The notes under the pieces are model-generated. The model was not told the origin of the DNA, searched no databases, and saw only the letters and a list, made by a program, of their open reading frames with translations. The position numbers were made by a program, and so were the translations under genes. From Basidiobolus meristosporus CBS 931.73 (Eukaryota > Fungi > Basidiobolomycota): a stretch of DNA of 64,000 bases. Shown in pieces: positions 13,252-25,556 of the stretch. How positions within the stretch are numbered: the first letter of the stretch is position 1; each line of letters opens with the position of its first letter. The stretch is from NCBI GenBank assembly GCA_002104905.1, contig MCFE01000029.1, forward strand, positions 124,001-188,000, read 5' to 3'.

Positions 13252-16050
13252 TGTTGTAAGAGTTTTGGAGATATTTGAAGTAATTCAAAGAACAAGTAAA
13301 TTATGTGGTTTCACTCATAATATATATCAAAACATAAGCTTGAGATATTTGAGATGCTAAGCCAAGCATCATTAGCAAATCAATGAGTTTTAATTAGATC
13401 ATGCTTACTAATGTTGTAGGTAATTAGCTCACACATAAGTTATTGAAGATTCTATTTAGCTCTTTACTAAATGATGAATTACTTAGGAATGAGCTCGTAG
13501 GATATTAGCAAAATCTTGGAATTAGTGAAGGCCTGCAAATTATCATGCCCTCCAAGCTTGTCCAAAAGCCCCAAAAACTTGGATACTACTTCCTGAGACT
13601 AATTTGAGAACAGCTTAATATATTTGCATTTAGGGGAACAGCATGTGACAAATAATAATGTTTTAACTCCATAATGTTGTAAAAGTTTGTAACTCCACCT
13701 GGATATTCACCTAACTTGGTCACTTAGTGATGCAATACTCCAAGGAGTATTGAAAGTGATGTGGAGAACTAGAGGATTTACATGTTATTCACTTGTAGAT
13801 TTATTGATCAAAAGTATGGTATTTATACTTTTGATAAAATAGAGCAAATAATCGTGTAGAGTATGTTAAGGAAGGTCCCAAGAATATGTGTGCAAAGTTT
13901 GGGGGCTTTTGGACAACTTTGAGAAAGATCATAATCTGATTACCTGATAATTTGGTGAAAATATTCCAAGTAAATCCCGACAAGAAATTTGGTCAGGACA
14001 GAGTGCACATCAGAGAGTAAAATCTATGTGACTAAGTTAGCATGAATATTTAGGTGACAACTTAATAATGACAACACTTAGATCATTACCTTCAAATCCT
14101 AGAGAATACTGACCAAATTCCTTGTCAGGAATTACTTAGAATATTTACCCAGAACATGAAAATTAGATAAGTTGTCCAATCAGCCCCAAACTTTGCAAAC
14201 ATGTTCTTGAGCCTTCATAAACCTATTCTACATGTTTGTTATGCCAAGACCAGGTAAAAGTATAAATACTACTTTTACATTCAATAAATCATTAAGTGAA
14301 AACCACATAATCTACTTGTTTTCCCAATCACTTTCAATATCTCCAAGACTCTTAGAAGAAATAGGGCAAAAACTAACATCTTGCAATTTCTTTGTTATTT
14401 CAGCTGAAAGACCAATAGTTCTTACTAGCTTATCATACATCATTATGAGCTTGTTGCTTTTTGCAAGATTCAAGAGTATTGGAAGTGATTTGGAGAACTA
14501 GGAGTATTGCATGATTTCACCTGCTGTTTTATGAAGTTCATATATTGCATTTATTGTTTTAGGAGAGCATTGTAAACCTAACAATGAGCCCACATTACGC
14601 AAGTTCACAGGAAGTTGTGTGCAAAGTTGAGGTCTTTTGCACGAGTTTGAAAATATTGATAGCTTCCAAGCCTTCACTAATTCTAAGGATTAGCTGATAT
14701 CTGACGAACTAAACCTCAAGTAAATAGTTCATAACTTAACAAGCCAAGTATCTTACGTCATACGAATGGCTTAGATGTAAACCAACTATTTACAACAACA
14801 ATAGCATTAACACTTTTGAGGAATTTTGTAAAACTCACAAAAATACAAGCTATTCAAAAGGCCTTGGTGATATTGCAATTATTGGATTTAAACTTTGATA
14901 TTTATAATTTCTATCTGGATTGTTTACCAAGTTCAGCAATTTTTGCTTTGAACAAGCAAGCAGATTATGCGGTTTTCACCAAGCTGTGATCTAAGTGACT
15001 AAGTTAATGAAATATTTTAGGTGTAATTGCTAAATTTACATTATTTTTCACTCAATGATCTATTGAATGTAAAGCTGATACTTATACTTATACTCAATAG
15101 CATGTCCCTATGAAGAATCTCAGGGTTGGAAATCATCTGATAATCTGCTGGTATTATAATGATATTTTGCTGGCATTCAGCTGGTTTTTTTCCTTCCTAT
15201 TTTTAATTGCAATTCTCTGTAGAAGTAGTAGGTAGCTAATTACCAAGTTTTCTATGAGTGCTAGTTGGCCTAGTCTCATCCTAGAAAATACATTTGCCAG
15301 TCTGCCATATTGAAAGCTGTCAGTTTAAAGAAACTTGAAATTCAGCTGATATTATGATAATATTCTGCTGATCTATTATTAGTTATTTTTCTCAGGGATG
15401 TGAACACAGCTTAGGAGCTTTTCAACAACTTGGAGAACTCTCATCTTCTGATTTCATGGCATTTTGGAGAAAATGTTTGAAGTAAACCCCAAAAAAGAGT
15501 TGTAAAAATTCGTAATTCCACCTGAATATTCACCTAACTTAGTCACTTAGATCATTAACTACAAATCTTAGTGAATACTGACCAAATTCCTTGCCGGGAT
15601 TTACTTCGGAAAATTTTCACCAAAATATCAGGTACCCAGAACATGAGAATTAGATAAGTTGTCCAAACGGCCCCAAACTTTGCACACATGCTCTTGGGAC
15701 CTTCATAAACCTATTCTACGTGTTTTTTATGCCAAGACCATGTAAAAGTATAAATACTACTTTTACATTCAATAAATCATTAAGTGAAAACCACATAATC
15801 ACTTGTGTAAAGCTCATAAACTATGCTGTAAGTGACCAAGCTAATGTATATATTTAGGTGTAAATACAAAACTATAATATCCCATTTCTCCAGGTCCATT
15901 AATTCAAAGGGTTTTATTATTGCTAGAACAAACCGGCTATTGTAGCTGTTATTGATTTAAAAAACTTGCCATTTATTTAAAATCAGATTGGAACTTGAAA
16001 GTGATTTGGAGATGGTTTCAATAGGGATTGTTAGGGCACTTTGACAATTC
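13252..16050. mobile_element. Cluster of fragmented/nested solo LTRs in both orientations
   Basis: Copies of the same ~330-bp unit at ~14070-14372 (+), ~15498-15800 (+) and ~13790-14060 (-). Partial copies at 13252-13320, 13675-13740, ~14490-14660 and ~14925-15045. TGTTGTAA ends are visible at 13252 and 13675. Confidence 0.75.
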
Positions 16051-18897
16051 ATTAGATTTACATAGAGATCATTGGAAATTAATTACACGTTGAAACCTAT
16101 TCCCATGAGGTAGACAAACAGCAAACTCAAAACATACAAAAAATTTGGTGCTACGCGAACTATGTGCAACCGGAAGACCTTTGTTCAACAGCAACCTATC
16201 TTGTATCTTTGGCACTAAAGCTTTTAGTCAATTAAGGTTGGTTATAGAAATAGAGTGTATTTGTATATAGTGAATATCGAACAATATATCACTATAGTTC
16301 TTCTGATGATATAGGAAGTGGCAAGGCAATAAGCAGTTCCACCTCTCGATTTCCTATACTAATTCTATCAAGAACATTATGGCGCCCTCAGATGACTCGC
16401 TCCCTCCGCTCCGATCCTATATGAACAAAATGCGAGCCGTAACAGGGTTCTGATATTCCTCAAGATCAATCGTGCTTTAGGAAAATAAATATCCTGATGC
16501 CGAGACCTTTCTTCAAGGTTGATCTCCCAGACGGTTGGTCGTCTAGGCCAGAATTTCAGGCAAGCCCCGGTTCGTTTACAGCTAATGGGGATTCACCTTA
16601 TTTTGAGTGTTGGGTATGTCGCTGTTTCCGAGGTGAAGTTTTATCTGTGTACTAGTAATGCAATATATTGAGGGTGGTGGTGGGTGTAAAATGATGACTG
16701 TAAGACTAGAGGCATAGTTAACGAGTTGGCGAAATATAAAATATATTGATTACACAAAGAAATTTACAATCTTTACCTATTATGTTGAAGCATATTTCGA
16801 GATTGACTAGGATTTACCCAAGAAGTATTGAGGGAGAATATAAACGAGATATGTTTGAAATTACTGAAGTGATAAAATACCTTCGAAGATGTGCCCACTC
16901 AAGAGTTGCGTGCCATGTTATGCTAATCTCTTCTGTGTCGCTCCATTTTTTTCGAGTGTCAGACTACCCAATATGCACATTTTTGAATAATGAGAAACAA
17001 TAGAAGCTTACGGGAGATTCATTGTTACAGAAAATACAGAACGACAGAACTTTGTTGGAACTTCATCGGCAGTTTGGTTATGTATTTAGAAATGAAGAAC
17101 GATTACTGTGGGGCGCATATCAGGAATATAGAGCTTCCATGAATATGGTACTTCTGATAAGGCGAGACATTCGCCTCGGCTAAATCCAAGGAGTGCCAAA
17201 CTCACAATTGCAACTGTACACTAATGACTAATATTCAGACCCACATGGTTAGTTTACACCCAGAAATAGTAGGAAGGTCTGTGATGGAAAGGGGCATTAG
17301 ATCCGATAAGGAGCGTCACATTATTAACTAATTATTGCCTTGCCTGGCCCTTCTTCCAAAGGTCACATTGATATTGTACACAAACTGAGTGGTGAATTCC
17401 ATTTTGACCCTTAATGGAATGTTAGAGCCAAATATATAAATAGCATATATTCGATTGATATTGGTACTTTAAATGAAAGGCTAATATTTAAGTCTGAACA
17501 GTACGCTTTTTGATTACTAATTAGTGCATCACGATGCACACGTATCAATGGCCCCACACTGCGGAGCTAGCAGATATGGGACTTTGGTAAGGGCATGGCA
17601 ATATCCATCATAGTATACGCGGAGATACACACATTAGGACTGTGCCGAAAGTGGGCTGATTAGATCCTTCATATGACACCTGTGGACCTCGATCACTTAC
17701 GATATTCACTACCAGATATATTTTTTGCTCTTGACAACTATCTACATCGGTTTGGTGTATTATATACGATATGACGGATAACCAGGCCGCTCTGCTCTTG
17801 GTCACGGCTGCTAGTGGGTCATGGTCCATCAGATCTATATTCTTAATATTGCAACTGAGTTCCCAGATATAGACATCACCGACAAATAAATAATGCATAG
17901 GCGTCATACCGAGTGTATCCATACAAAGAAAATCCTGCCAGCAATGGCATCCCCACTCTCAAGTTGGAAAATACTCAGGAAGAAATAGTAGCCAGATTGG
18001 TGATTGATCCTAGTATGGCAGAGATATATGGACAGGATCGCTAAAAGATCAAAATCAACCCAAAAGTTGGAGTAAATAATGCATGCCAAACTCGTGGTCA
18101 GTAGAATACATACTGCAGTTACCTCAACTATCCTAGGTGTATTCAGAGCCATAGAAACCACAATGAACAATACAGTACTTCAAGGATAAGTTCGAATTAT
18201 CTTCATCTTGCTCCCCTAATTGGTTAATGATGCGATTTATCCGATGGCATGTTTCACCCCAGATAGGAGTTGATAAGTAATAGAGACTTTTGTTGACATT
18301 GAGTGTCGGAATGCTTACTATCGGGGTTCCCATTTAGTAACTATATAATATTGGAATATCCAAATTTAGCGGACACTGTTAAAATGGTAAGTAAAATCAA
18401 CCCAGACTGATTCATATGATTAAGGAGTATTTACGCAATTCTGACGTTCAATATGTTACCGTTGTTCGAAACAAAATGCTGGAGTCCGTGAAATTGAAAC
18501 TACGGAATGGCTAACAATAAGCGATATCGTCGTGAAGCAGGTATATCTTGATGCTGTCATATTAAGGAGTGGTATAGCTTGATATTACCGTGTAAGCAAG
18601 GAACGGGTGTATGCGAAGTTGGATGGTCTGACATTTTCCAGGTCCTCTCAATTAGAATGATTCACTATCTAATCGAATTTCTATTGCCCGATCAAAGTTG
18701 ATAATTAAACAATCGACAATTTTGGTCAACGGATTATCTTTTTGATCAAATGCAAGTTGTGCGGTCTTCTGAACAAATACTATAAAAGCTCCTTAACCGT
18801 CCTCACCTTCATCAACCCGTCAAATTTTCATTTCATTGTCAGGAACAGTGAAAAGCATACTTCAGCACTTTATATAGACTCCATACATATAGACCAA

Positions 18898-19938
18898 ATG
18901 TCTCCGAAATTATTGATAGAGTTGGAGAAGGATACCTTCCGCAAAACTGTTTTCGACGATGAGAACACCTTGTTTGTTCTCAAAGGAAAGGTTGTCTTCA
19001 CTCCATCTTCTCCCATGAAAGTGAATCAGATTTCTCTTCGCTTCCGTGGCAAGCTGGTGGTCACCCGAGGCTTTCAGTCGACTCGTAAAACATTCTTTGA
19101 GCATCAATGGGACTTCTTCCGGGATTTCAAATCCAGTACCGTTTTTGAAGCCAAGCCTTATACGTATGACTTTGAACTACCCATGCCTTCCGATCTCCCT
19201 GAGTCTTTGGAGGCCGATTACGCCAAGATCGAGTATTCCCTAAAGGGCATGGTCGAAACTCCGCTATTCTCCTCCAACCTGAGAGCTGACAAACTCGTTC
19301 GTATTCAACAAGCCGGCACTCCATTTGATTCCTTGGCCTACAATACTCTAGCCCAGGGCAACTGGAACGATATGATCAGCTATGAAGTATCTATCCCTAC
19401 TTACGAGTTCGTTCCTGGAGGTGATATCGAAATTTCCTTCAAACATGTGAAAAAGAGTGATAAGTGCAAGATCGTCGCAGTTCGTGCTGGCTTGAGTGAG
19501 GTTACAAGATACAACAATGTTGACAACCGCCGAGCCAAGGAGGACGGGATGGTAAAAAAGTGGCTCAAAAGCTGTGGCTGTTCAGTCGTGGAACCCTCCA
19601 TGAATAGCTCTATCAAGTTGAGCATTCCCGCTTCAACAAAGAATGTACACTGCGACGCCAATACACCATACGTCGAGATTCTACACCGTCTCACCACAAG
19701 AATTGAGCTCGAATTGGATGGTGAACTGTACACCATTCTCAATGTATTTCCTGTCCGCATTTCACCCAAAGATTCCCATGAGAGCATGGAAATTCCCGAG
19801 TTTGAGCAACTCCCTAGTTATGATTTAGTCCAACTCGATTCGCCACCAGTATATGTGAATCTTGGTGGCATCGAAGGGGCACTTGTGTTACCTGCTGTGT
19901 ATCCTGGAGAATCTACTACCATTGCTCTGGGAGCTTAA
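18898..19938 (+). CDS. Alpha-arrestin (ART family) adaptor, copy 1
   Basis: Arrestin_N/C pattern (LKGKVVF..ISLRFRG..YTYDFELPMPSDLPES..IEYSLKG) with C-terminal PY motifs LPSY and PPVY. ATG at 18898; the ORF track extends upstream from a TTG. Confidence 0.9.
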   Translation: MSPKLLIELEKDTFRKTVFDDENTLFVLKGKVVFTPSSPMKVNQISLRFRGKLVVTRGFQSTRKTFFEHQWDFFRDFKSSTVFEAKPYTYDFELPMPSDLPESLEADYAKIEYSLKGMVETPLFSSNLRADKLVRIQQAGTPFDSLAYNTLAQGNWNDMISYEVSIPTYEFVPGGDIEISFKHVKKSDKCKIVAVRAGLSEVTRYNNVDNRRAKEDGMVKKWLKSCGCSVVEPSMNSSIKLSIPASTKNVHCDANTPYVEILHRLTTRIELELDGELYTILNVFPVRISPKDSHESMEIPEFEQLPSYDLVQLDSPPVYVNLGGIEGALVLPAVYPGESTTIALGA

Positions 19939-20434
19939 GTTATTAGATATTTCTTGTACAAAGCTATTTAGCATCAACATATAGACTGTAAATTAAATAA
20001 AATATCCACATTTGAAAATGACTATTTCGGACCGGAAAAATATTCAAACTGGAGAGCCAATCAGTAACCTTACAGGTGATCGATTTTTGTCAGCAAAATC
20101 CATGTGGCGGTGTTCATATTGGGCGTTATCATTTCAAAATCATCTGTGGATCTTGAAGACATACATATATGGCTAGCCAGGGTATTGTGCCGATCTGAAG
20201 ATAGTCCTTCGTATCACATGTAAAGTTTCTCGTATAGTATTTGATCCCCTTCAATGGCACTAGCTACTACAGCCACTCAACCATAAATGGCACTGGCACA
20301 TATCTAGGTCGGAGCTCACTTCAATGTGGAAGTGGATGACTAAACCTTTATTGTTTTAATAAATACCACTAAAAGACTTCTCTTGACTTCCCTGATTACG
20401 CTATTGACAACTTGACCAAGGTTCTTCTCTAATC

Positions 20435-21442
20435 ATGAGCCCCAAGTTATTAATCAAGCTTGAGAAAGACACGTTCTCTAAGAATATCCTTGACGAAAAC
20501 GATCCAAACTTCGTTCTAAGAGGAAAGCTTATCTTCATACCGTCTTCTTCTGTTAAAGTGCAGTGCATCAACTTGGCTTTCAGGGGAAAGCTATCGATAA
20601 ACAAGGGGTTCCAAAGTACACGAAAGGTCGTTTTCAACCATAGATGGGATTTCCTTCAACAAAACTACAAATCGGTGCTATTTGATGCCAAAGAATACGT
20701 CTATGAGTTTGAATTACCACTGCCCTACGACCTACCCGAGTCGGTAGATGCTGACTATGCAACCATCCAGTACAGCCTTAGGGCAATGGTAGAAACGCCG
20801 TTCTTCGGATCAAATTTGAGGGCAGATAAGGTGGTATACATTCGACAGAATACTGACAACTTTGTGACGATGCTTTACAATACACGCATTGAGAATAGTT
20901 GGAAGGATATTCTTGCTTATGAAGTGATAATCCCTAGTCATGAATATGTTCCAGGCGATAGTATCCCAATTACATTCAAACATCGCGCACAGAACAGCGA
21001 CTGCATCCCGATCAGTGTCTGGGCTGGTCTAGATGAACGCACAACGTACAGAATCTCGGAAGGAAGTTCAGCCGAAAATGTAAGCACCGCAACCAAGTGG
21101 CTAAAAGCCAACCACGCTAATGTTGCACAAGATCCGACCACAACCTCTCTACTACTAGAAATCCCTAAATCTACCAAAAATGTTCATTACAACTGCACCA
21201 CCGCCTATGTTGAAGTCACCCATTACATCTCTACCCGAATCGAGGTTCGCTTTGAGGGGGTAATCAAATCCATTCGCGCAGTGCTGCCCATTTGTATTGT
21301 GCGGAACATCAGCAGCAACAATCCCGCTGTTGCACCCATCGATGCTTTGCCTGACTATCATATGATCCAAAGCGATATGCCACCCAATTACCGAAATCGC
21401 CAGAGCATCCCTCCAGATTACTCGCTGGTCATCGGGGTCTGA
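20435..21442 (+). CDS. Alpha-arrestin adaptor, tandem copy 2
   Basis: Clear paralog of copy 1 (MSPKLLIKLEKDTF..., FELPLPYDLPES, NLRADK) with PY motifs LPDY, PPNY and PPDY. Intronless. Confidence 0.9.
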   Translation: MSPKLLIKLEKDTFSKNILDENDPNFVLRGKLIFIPSSSVKVQCINLAFRGKLSINKGFQSTRKVVFNHRWDFLQQNYKSVLFDAKEYVYEFELPLPYDLPESVDADYATIQYSLRAMVETPFFGSNLRADKVVYIRQNTDNFVTMLYNTRIENSWKDILAYEVIIPSHEYVPGDSIPITFKHRAQNSDCIPISVWAGLDERTTYRISEGSSAENVSTATKWLKANHANVAQDPTTTSLLLEIPKSTKNVHYNCTTAYVEVTHYISTRIEVRFEGVIKSIRAVLPICIVRNISSNNPAVAPIDALPDYHMIQSDMPPNYRNRQSIPPDYSLVIGV

Positions 21443-21616
21443 TGCCTATGTAAATTATCTTGATGATCTGTGTTATAAAGCAGCCGTACTGACAAAAAAG
21501 TGGCAAAAAACTAGTAAAGCTTCAGAATAATATAGGGTTATGGTTTGAATATCAAATCAACCAATTGTTGAATGTTATGAACCATTTATTGTCCCATTAG
21601 CAGACTTGGAAGGAAA

Positions 21617-23688
21617 TCATCTTCGACGGTCCCGGTCCCGTCGATCTCTGTCTTCCCAAGTACGATACCTATCGCTTTCCCGGTTATCACGTCTCCGCGA
21701 GTCCGAACGGAACACCTTTGAGATACCTTTTTTCTGCTCTCGCTTTCTTTTGTCTTCCTCCATGGCTTGTTCTTTTCTAACGCGAGGGTCTATAACAACA
21801 TAATCATTGATGTCATCCTTACGCTGCATCAAATCTTTTCCTTTGTGATCCTTGGTGAAAACTAATTGATGTCCTAGCCAACCCTCATCTGTCTCCACTT
21901 CCTTCTGCCCGAACGTATCGTTGCAAGAAAGGCAGTGAGGTACTGAATGCAAGGTACAGAGGTGGCTTTCCAACTCCTTCTCCAATTCTTCTTTTGACTT
22001 CGCATCCTCTACTGGTGTGCTCCATAATTTGTTTGTAAAAGCTGAGAGTTTGGCCAGCGTCTGCGGAAGCTGTTTAGGATGCGGAATGCTGACAAAGTAG
22101 ATGAATAAAAACTCACCTCCTCTTCGGACATGCCCTTGCGGCCTTTCTTACCAACTATCACTTTCCCATTCTTCGTATACTTCTCTCTTTCCAACTCCAA
22201 CAAAGATACTTTTTTCTTTTTCTCTGCTCGTTCAGCCTGGTCTTTAATTTTGTCTCTGGATTGGTCGATTTTCCGAATATCATTTCGGAGTTTTTCTATT
22301 GCGCTTTGGGTTGCACTAAGCATAGAATGATGAGTACTTTACCTCAGGAACACCCATATTAGTGGACCTACCTCGGTTTAACTTGCTTCTTCTGAGGCTC
22401 ATCATCATCATCATCGTCATCATCAGAACTTGAGCCACCCTTGTGTCTCCGCTTTGCTTGCTCCCGCATAATTCGTTCAAAATCCTGGGCTGAGACCTGC
22501 TCCTCCTCTTTGCTCTTCACACCCGAACTTTGAGTGTTCTCTTGAAGGTGACATACATTTTCTTTTGTTTCTTCCAGATTCTTGCGCTTCTCGAGAGGTC
22601 AAGATTAGAAATGAATTGGAAATGGAGTATTGCTGATAATAAGCTCTACTTTCTGATCAGGTTGTTCCTCAAGATCTTTTACAGAGATATCTTTACTAAG
22701 TCGAGGGTCATCGAGGACGTCGTGGCTACTTTGGATCTTCATAACTGGGGTGTTTTCCAATTCTTCCGCTTCGTCTCCGAACGAGAGCAACGTCAGATTT
22801 CTATGTAGAAAATGTATTTTGATTAATCAGCGTCAGGAGGGTCAAGCTCGTAAGAATCATCGAGTCAGCTAGAGATTGCTATTACTTTTTTGCCTTTTTC
22901 TTCGAGGTCACTTTTGCCTGTGCAGCCTTAGCTGCTTCCATGGCCAGTTTTTCCTCAATTGTGATTCTTGGTATGATATCATCGAATGGATTGGATAGTA
23001 CCCTAGTAGCTTTGATCGTTGTCGGATATAGGGGGCGCTCCTCCTCGTCAGTTTCGCCCTCTCCGATCTTCAACACGTTGAAGATCGTGTCACCAACAAC
23101 CTAAATGTTGGGGTTAGTAAGGCAGCTACTGTTGTGGTAAGGGTTTGAGACAAGTACTTTTCCGAAAATCGTATGTCTATTTTGCAATTCATCGGTGCGA
23201 TCTAACGTAAAGAAAAATTGACTGCCATTTTGGTTGACGCCAGAATTGGCCATGGCGACTAGACCACGTCGGATAAAACGTAAACGCGAGTGGAATTCAT
23301 CATCAAACGGTTCGTCGTAGATAGATTCGCCCCCTTACGAATGTAAACAACTTAAGTTGGATGGGAAGGGAGGCAACATCTGGTAGTGAGGTGCTTACCT
23401 GTACCCGTGCCCGTAGGATCACCACCTTGGACTATGAAGTTTGGTACGACTCTATGAAATATGGTGCCAACGTAATATCCTTCCAAGCATAGTTGGACAA
23501 AGTTTCTGCAAGCCTTGGGGGCTTCTTTGGACCAAAGTTCGATCTCTATATCCCCTGAGCTGGTTTCTAGAATCACCTTTCCACTAAGTGCGGTAAATTT
23601 AAGCGTTAGCACAACTATTCATACGGTAGCTCGGCCTTCCTGCCAGGACATACTTCGTATGCGGCTCTTGAATGTATATATTACTCAT
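21617..23688 (-). CDS. CWC27: Spliceosomal cyclophilin-like protein CWC27, multi-exon
   Basis: Spliced N-terminus [40 protein letters not shown]. Also [11 protein letters not shown], and a C-terminal [12 protein letters not shown] / GWLGHQLVF / DYVVIDPR region with an Arg/Asp-rich tail. Confidence 0.93.
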
Positions 23689-23873
23689 GGTAAGAACGTT
23701 CACGCAAAACAGGGATTGTATTGGTGCCCTACGGTATAAATCCAAGCTGGATCAAAATCACAATTTCCTTCATTGAATTTGATTTATCCAGCCAAATATC
23801 ATTACGATCAACTTTATTCAACATACGCTTGCTATTTACATGATTGCGCGATTGCATAACAAGGCCTGTCGGA

Positions 23874-25556
23874 TCATATGGCGAATCCGCGGATAGTATT
23901 GGTGATAGGTGGTATTGCCACCAGGATAATGGGGATCGTTCCAAAAAGAACGAAACTCAACGAGGCTATGGCAGCTGCCTTCAGGTTCGTTTCTAGTAAT
24001 GCCGCAGTCGACACCGCATTAGCGTTACAACCGAGTGTCACACCGATGGTGATGTAGTCATCTTTGCCGAATCCCAGCTTCTGGACAAACCATTGGCCAC
24101 CCACCGCACCAAGAATCCCGGTAACAATGACCATGATGACAGTAGTATTCACATCCCCGCCTAGTACGGCTTCTATGTTGAGAGCTAATGGCGTGGTGAT
24201 GCCTCTGACAGCAAAAGGGAGCGTGATGTCAGAGGGGATCTGTATAGCACCCGCGATCAATGGATAGAGGAACAGTGAGGCAACGCTGATGATACTAATG
24301 GTGGGTATCATTTCAAACGCGTGCTCCCGAAGTTCCCGACGGTATTTGAACATATTGAACGACAGGGATACGATGCTGCCATCGAGCAGCGAGTAGAGCA
24401 CATCCCCAGCACCTGGTTGAGAGACTGGGTCCCTACGTTTAGGATCAAGAAGAACGAGATAACGAGTCCCAGTTGAGAACTCGTTCAATCCCTGGTCTAA
24501 AGTGCGTCCTTTTATCAACTGAAGAATAAAAATGAAGAAGATCATCAAGCCAGAGCAGGTAATGATGGGGTGGAGGAAACGCCGAATTCTCGTGGGGACT
24601 GCCAATGCCGCGTAGAAACATAAAACGTTCAGGGTCAACTGAACTGGCAGCGCTTGATCCGTCACTAGATATGCAATGAACGAGGGGATGAATAGAGTAA
24701 AATAGATGATTGGGTTGGCATAGTCCCCTAAAAACTTTACAAGTTCATCCATGTGGTGGTGGGATTTCTCATTTGATATTGGCTCGCAAACATCCAGAAC
24801 CCCGTTTAGAGTTGAATCATCGTCTGCTACGTCGATGACGCTATCTTCATCCAGGTCTATTCGTGCGACTTTCGGTTCATCGGAGGGCTGTAGAGTATGC
24901 TGCTTGAACAAGTAACACTTGAGTTTTTTGAATGCGTTGACGGTCAGAGCGGTGGCAATAGCAGATACCAATAATCCAATTACTAAGCGAAAGGTGAGAA
25001 CTCTGGGGTGCTCTACATCCGGGCTCGTTACTTACCAAACAACGCAAGAACCACGCCAAACTCCCTAGGTGAGATGGGCTTGCTTTTTGGGATCAATATG
25101 AACGCAGGGCAGAAGAGAACATTGATCCATTTCAGTAGAAAGTCCACGGCTGGGGAAAAGGCTCGAATGAATTTTTGGGTGTAGTGAGAGGTGATCAGGT
25201 TGAATACCAGCAGGAATATGAAGGTGAGGATCATGCAGGCCACCTAGAAGTTGAGAATAAACGTCGTGCTCGTTAAAAAGTGACTTATCCATCCAACCTA
25301 CACTTGCTGGGAACTCAATGGGTGTGAGCACAATGATCTGGTTCATGCACCAAACGTATGCTAATATAATGACGGTAGTAACTGGCGTAACCACCCAGTC
25401 CACCAGAAAACGAGACTTGTTCTCCTCAAGAAACTGGGAGCAAACTCGATTAGAGAAGGCAAAGTCGACATTCCAACAAATGTCAAAGTACCTGGCGTAG
25501 CGCCCGTAGAATGTCACGCAAGTGCATCGATGTATTCGACAAATATTGGGATACAT
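23874..25556 (-). CDS. LrgA/LrgB (CidAB)-fusion membrane protein, PLGG1-like transporter
   Basis: Spliced FPAS|VACM and WINVLFCPAFI form the LrgA-like half. LLDGSIVSL, FAVRGITTPLAL, VIVTGILGAVGG and GVTLGCNANAVSTAALL form the LrgB half. Two introns at ~25260-25310 and ~24970-25035. The start codon is uncertain. Confidence 0.85.

Noticed and set aside
18742-18897. N-terminal extension of arrestin 1 in the ORF track
   Set aside because: Starts at TTG and has no counterpart in the paralog. ATG 18898 aligns with the paralog's start.
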